A stretch of 64,000 bases of DNA from the human T2T-CHM13v2.0 reference genome, Homo sapiens: NCBI RefSeq assembly GCF_009914755.1, contig NC_060934.1. One strand, written 5' to 3'. This document shows positions 57,549-64,000 of the stretch, piece after piece. The notes beneath the pieces are model-generated. The model did no database searches. It was not told the DNA's origin and was given only the letters and a program-made list of their open reading frames with translations. A program made the position numbers and the translations under genes. Within the stretch, counting starts at the first letter, position 1. The number at the start of each line of letters is the position of its first letter.

Positions 57549-58591
57549 CCCAGGGATTAGCATTGAGCCTCGGACCATGCAGGAAATAAGGAGGCGGTGT
57601 CTGGGGGCTGTGGTGCAGCAGGCAGGGGACAACCAAGCGACTTCCCAGCCCTGTTGGAAAGTGGATCTGGAGGGATGGACTAAAAGAGGCAGAACTGAGG
57701 CCTGGGCTGGAGGACCTGAGAGTGAAACTGGGCCTGCACTGGGGAGTGAGGAGGACCTGAAGCTGCAATGGGAAGCCCTGTGTGGCTGAATCCTAGAACC
57801 ATGAGGAGAGGCAACATTAGCAACTAGATCTCTGGCCTCTGCTTTTGGAATCACTTTTGGATTCACTTTTGGATGAGTGGTGCATGAACTCATCCAGACT
57901 GATGTGTGAAGGGCATCCAGGCTTACCCCTGAAGTATGGAGACTGCAGTGGGTCTGTTGCTCACAGAGGAACTCCCAGAAACTCTGGGAGAGTCACAGAC
58001 CTAGAGAAGCGTATGGCTCAAACCTCTTGAGCAAGAAAAGCAGTGTTCACTGCCAGGCGTGGTGATGAATGCTTCTGTTTTTTGTGTCATTAAACACTTG
58101 CAACTGTGTCTCCTTTTTTAAAAAAAGGAAAACTGAGACACAAGTTGGGAAGTAACCTGCCAAAGGTCACCAACTATTCAGTAGCAAAGCAGGGACTTAA
58201 GGCCAGGCTTGCAAAGCTCCTAGTGCTACTGGTAATTGGTAAGACTCAAGGGTTTAAAGAGGCCTCCAAAGAAGGGTAGTAAACTGTGATGGGCCCTAAA
58301 CTTTATAGTTCTTCGAATTTTTCACAGGTAAAAGGACAGAAAGCCAAGAAGAGCCTTCTGGGTCACTGGCTTCTGGGAATATTGTGTGGTCAAGCAGGAA
58401 GTCTGGGGGAGATGGAATGACACCTCAGGGTCCACTCTTACCAACTGTTCATTTAGCCTCCATGCAAGGATTTCCTGGTGATGTGAATGGGGGTTATTCC
58501 CTCTGTGTGTCTTGGAGCAGCCATGCTGCTCATGTTTGTGAAATGATGACCAGTGCAGAATCTTGATGTTAGGCACTATGAAGAAACATTA

Positions 58592-59355
<764 letters not shown>

Positions 59356-59959
59356 TATGGCAATGGCGTGGGTTGCTTGCAGGGTACCTTGGCTGCTACA
59401 GAAAGAAAAAGTCTCTGTAGAGACTCACTGTCAGTGACTCACGGAGCAGAAAGCTGGCCTCAGAGCCTGGACAGAGGGTAGCTGTCACTGCTTAACTGCA
59501 GTTCAGCTCAAGCATATGGCTCTCTGTGGGACCAGCACTGAAGGCTGGGGGATAAGTGAGGCAGGTCTTGTCACACCTTCAGGGTATCTGGATTCACCAA
59601 AGTGGCTCAGGTCAGGACCAATGAATAGAGGTTTGTTCGTCAAGATAAAAAGATTCTGGCTTCCTGTTTTCAGGCAATGCCAACGATTGAATTCCCTCTA
59701 CATTGACCACCCTTGCTGAAGTTGTCTTAATTGACCTAGCAGCCAACTGACCTCATATTCTGGCACAGGCTCTGACTCCTTTTGCCTATCTGCCCTGCTC
59801 TGATACTACAAAGAGACCCCCCCACCCCAGCCCTCTGGGGCCTCATTAGGGGCTTAGAGGGCAGGCGTGGGTCAGGCGAGCATTCCTGGAGAACACAGTC
59901 CTCAGTGGTTCAGGATATGAGCATAGCTCAGAGAGCTGTTGACATTATCAGCCTGGCCT

Positions 59960-60560
59960 GGGAGAGGGGGACGCGCACAGGGTGGTGCACAGGGCCCGCA
60001 GGGAATTTACAGCGGCGTCCGCGGCGATGGGCTCTCAGTGCCTTGGAAGACCGGTAGAGGCAGGTTCTGTCTCTCCCGGCCTGGCAAGCAGAGGGCCGCG
60101 GCGCAGGGCAGAGTGCCGCGGCGCAGGGCAAAGCTCCAGTGCGCAGGCTCGCGGGCGCAGGTGGGATTGGATAGCGACGAAGGCCGGCAGGCTAGGCGTG
60201 GACCCAACTGGCGAGGCTGCTGGGGTTGCAGCGGGACAGTTGGGGCGGCCCCGCAGGCCCAGGTGAGGAAAGGTGGCTGGGGGCCAGGTGGGCAGGGGGC
60301 GTGCGGGAGGCCGCTGCGCCGGGCTGTGGGAGGGCGGGCGTGAAGAAGGAAGATGCCGTTGACGTGCAGGGGTCACAAGGCGTGGGTTGTGGCCCTGGCC
60401 CGGGAGACTGCCCGGGTGGGCCTGAGCTGTGAAGTAGTGTCGCTGCAGCCAGAGGGCAGGACGTGATTCTGGCCGTGTGATGCCAGCTGCACTGTGACGC
60501 GTGTTGGGGCGCCTATGCGAGACGGGACCGGGACAGGAACCCTGTGGCTCTGTGGTAGGG
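59960..60560. promoter_or_regulatory. PTPN20: CpG island promoter (PTPN20)
   Basis: The only CpG-dense non-Alu stretch in the window; GC-box-like motifs, inverted CCAAT (gattgg ~60165), duplicated gccgcggcgcagggca; about 17 kb downstream of FRMPD2B, where PTPN20 lies by my recall of the locus. Confidence 0.85.
60170..60262 (+). other. PTPN20: PTPN20 non-coding first exon (5' end approximate)
   Basis: Within the CpG island, ends at consensus donor CAG|gtgagg; gene identity from synteny, since PTP exons are outside the window. Confidence 0.65.
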
Positions 60561-60603
60561 GAATGCCACCAACTCCCTGAGGAGCAGCCGTGTGGTATGA
60601 TTG
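60480..60603 (+). other. PTPN20: PTPN20 alternative first exon contributing ATG ATT G (Met-Ile-, phase 1); 5' end approximate
   Basis: ATGATTG|gtaaga at 60597-60603; agrees with my recall of a PTPN20 isoform starting MIVNDYEG. Confidence 0.55.
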
Positions 60604-63485
60604 GTAAGAAGCCATCATCAGGCGCTGAGACAGCCCAGAACTTCCCAATGACTCAAGGGCGGGTGGAGGTCGAGGGACCTAGAAAGAAAGAACATGAATT
60701 CATCAATCCATTCAGCAGCTATTTTGAACGCCTCCTGTGTGCCAGATGCTGTTCTAGAAGCTCAGAATATCTATGAACGCGATAGGCAATGCCCCCATAT
60801 GCCAAGGCCCTCATATGCTAGCCTTGACTCAAGGAAAACTGTAGGATGGGGTAGGTTTCATTTTTGGAAGTTGTGGAATCAGTACTTATGTTTTGAATGT
60901 GTTAGGTTTGAGATGCCCAGTAGGTTTTTCCCAATAGAAGACATAAGCATAGCTGGGAAGAATTTTGCAGAGGACTCTGACCACCTACCACCTACAGGTG
61001 CCATGAATATTTAGCACATTTGATTTTTCACATTACCTATTCACCTTCTCTCCATTTTTCAGTCACCTGGTAGTTTTTTTTAGTATGGTGAAATATACAC
61101 ACATAAATTATCTAGTAGATATTTGGGTTGAGATATCAAATGTGCTTTTTAGAAATTTAAATCTGAAGTTCTGGAGGATGTCGGGCTAGAGTTAACCTTT
61201 GGAATCGGCATCATATACTGTACATAGTATTTAAAATATATGGGACTGGTGAAGACATCTAGTTTAATAGTGTACACAAAGAAGAGGAGGCGAAGCCAAA
61301 AAAGGGAGGGAGGTAGTGGTCAACCATGTTGAATGTTACCGTATAAGATGACTTTGGTAATTAGGAGGATTTTAATCATTTTGACAAGAACAACTTTAAT
61401 GGGGAAGAGGGGCCTTAAGGTTGGGTAGAGTTTTTTTCAAGATAGAAGAAAGCAGAATGTTTATATGGCAATGTGATTAAACTCGTAGAAAGGAAAAACT
61501 GCTGCAGATGAAAGAGGGGAACATTGTAAAGGGTAGTTGTTGAATACCTGAGAAAGGAGAAGACCCTAAGCAGGTGAGTAGTTGGTTTTGAAATGAGCAG
61601 GGACACTTACTCTGTTGTAACTAGAGGGGAAGCTGAGATAACAGGTGCAGATACAGTGGGTGGTGGGAAAAGAGTCTATTGGTATAGGCATCCATCAGCT
61701 TAGAGGGAGGGCAGCGGGGGAGAGGAAAGGTGTGGGAACTTGGAGGAGAGATATGTGACAGAGTCCTAGAGAGGGTGAAAGTGAGCGTACTAGAGAAATA
61801 GAGTTGGATTCCCAGGCAGTGCTCAGGGCCCATTTGAGACGTGTAGTCTTACATTTAAAGTGATATAAACCAGTGTGGTTGTTTCATGTTCAACTTTGGA
61901 AGGGTGTTGTGAGGATTAAAGAAGGTAATGCATGAAAAACATTTAATAGAGTGTCAGGCGTTTAATGAATGTTAACGCTTTTTATTTGAGCCCTCGTTTT
62001 GTTTTTCTTTTCTGTTTATACATATGTGACTGAGGATGGCTGGCAATTACCACTTGACAGGCTGTTCTGGGGCATGTTCTCCCATCACAGAGAACTGCAG
62101 TTTGCAGCTACTCAGAAGTCTGGTTCCTGTTGTGTTTACATGTACACAGCTTGATAATTGAAGATGTTTGCTTTTTAGAGCCATTGTCCTGGACTGTTTG
62201 GGCTGGGGTTTGTCACAGTGACAGTCCTTAAGTTTTTGTGAAAATCTTTTATGACTGCATTTCATATTGGATCTGATGTACTGGTAATCTACAGAATCTA
62301 CAAATCTAAGATTGGCAGGAAAATTTTCAGTTTAATAGATTTTCATTTCTCCCTGACCACTTGAGCTGTTTTAAAATACAAATAATAATAATGGCTGACA
62401 GAAAGCTCTTAAAAGTGCCAAGTACTTTTCTAAGCACATCACATGCCTAATCTTGTTTAATCATCACCTCAGCTCTACAAGGCAGGTACAATTATTATCC
62501 TGATTTTTCAGATGCAAAAATAGGCTCCAAGAGGTTAAGTAATTTGCCCAAGGTGCCCATACCCTGACCTCCAGTTTCTACTGCAGACAATAACTTTTTC
62601 TTTTTTTTTAAACTGCTTGGCCATCACTCATCTGCATTGCAGTGGAGTACTTAAGATGTTGGACTCCAAAGCCAGATTGCCTGGTTTCAGAAAACTGCCA
62701 CTTAGTAGCTATGGGACTTTGGGTAAATCATCTAACTTCTGTGTGCCTTTGTTTCTTTTTTGACAAAATGGAAATAATAATAGTACCTGCCTGATAGGGC
62801 TATTATCATCGCAGTTGAGAATCACATGAGTTAATATATTTAATATGCCTAATATAGTGCCTGGTTGTTTAAATGCTACTATTATCACCTGCCTGGTAGT
62901 ACCACCATGGTGCTGTATATACTGATTGGTTTGATCTATCAAAATAAGATTCCAAGTGTCCTGTTATTGTCTAAGCAGAGTTTTAAAATTGCAGCCCACT
63001 ATATTATTCCCACCTCAGGGATCACTCCTGTTTCCTCTGAGTTTATCTCTCTGAGGGAAACAAATAGATAACAGTTTGCTTCCAGGAGCAGACAACAACT
63101 CAGATTTCATTCAGACTCATTTGACCAATAGAGTTCATTTCATTAATCCTGGCATTACATACCACTTAGCAAAGGGGAATAAGGCTTGGGGAGTAATGTG
63201 ATTCCATGTTGCTTTTCCCAGATCAGCAGCCCATTTAGAGGAATTTGGTTAGAAATACCAACGGACTACATAGCCAGTATTTGGCACAGCATAGGGTAGG
63301 TGATGTGGGTCAGTGGGCTGGACATAAAAGTGTTCTGAAAAGATCTGTAAAGTCATTGGAGTTACTGTGATGTGTTGTGTCAGTTACTGATTAAAAGTAA
63401 CTGGCAGGCTTGGCATTTGAGACCACTGAAAGTTTTAAATGATCTTTCTGATATACAACACGTAGAGTAAATGTATGATACAAAG

Positions 63486-63870
63486 TAGTGGTTCTCAGTG
63501 AGTTTGCATCAGAATCACCAGTGGGGAGTTTTATGAAGATTTGCACAATGACAGGCTCCACTTCCACAGATTCTGAATCAGTAAGTCTCGGTAGGGTTCT
63601 GGAATCAATCAACTTTTTTAAGAGCTCCCCAAGTGACTGTGATGTGCAGTTAGCATGGCATATCGTTAGTACAAATCAGTGCTTTTAAGCCCTGACTGTG
63701 TTTTACAATTACCTTTCTATCAGCTTTTTTAAAAAATACTGATATTCTGGAGCCACCCCAGGGATTCTGATTTAATTTGGCCTGGTGAGTTCTGGACATA
63801 CGTGTGTTTCTTTAAAAAAATTTCTGAGATGATTCTAATGTACAGCTAGGTTTGAGATTCACTGGCATAG
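63486..63870. mobile_element. MER5-type hAT elements (two fragments)
   Basis: gtggttctcag..gcatcagaatcacc..agattctgaatcagtaag..aagagctccccaagtgactgtgatg; similar elements at ~18320-18490 and ~49950-50090. Confidence 0.7.
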
Positions 63871-64000
63871 TCAGCTAGATTTCCCGCCATAGTTTATTTA
63901 CTCTTGAAAATTTAAACATAGCTTCAGGCAGCATCTTACCACCAGGAAAGTGGAAAAATGAGCATTTCTGAATTTCCTCAATGTAAATGTTCAATAAAAT

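Noticed and set aside
59782-60776. Arg/Gly/Ala-rich ORFs on both strands
   Set aside because: Expected from CpG-island composition; no recognisable domain

Overview
Human/hominid genomic DNA (Alu, L1, ERV and MER repeats; spliced genes) that I recognise as the 10q11.22 segmental-duplication locus. Bases 1 to about 18,650 are an AT-rich, repeat-laden block with no recognisable exon. It carries nested ERVL/MER52/MER57 proviral debris, an AluYa5 and a 204-bp local inverted duplication beside a TA-rich tract. Composition then shifts to higher GC and a 5'-truncated FRMPD2 copy follows on + (FRMPD2B/FRMPD2P1). It has nine exons (19305-43306) with GT-AG sites, matching phases and no stop, encoding PDZ2, PDZ3 and the C-terminal tail but no KIND, FERM or PDZ1. 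A CpG island at about 60 kb holds the non-coding/near-non-coding first exons of PTPN20, whose phosphatase exons lie beyond the window. The main discovery candidate is the roughly 17-kb spacer between the two genes. It appears to hold remains of the ancestral PTPN13-like FRMPD2-PTPN20 gene: an intact, in-phase 282-nt acidic exon (44254-44535), a stop-disabled PDZ exon aligning without gaps to PDZ2 (56245-56430), and weaker PDZ-like remnants near 49.4 kb and 62.2 kb. Repeat family names and gene identities come from recall of consensus/protein sequences, not from a search.
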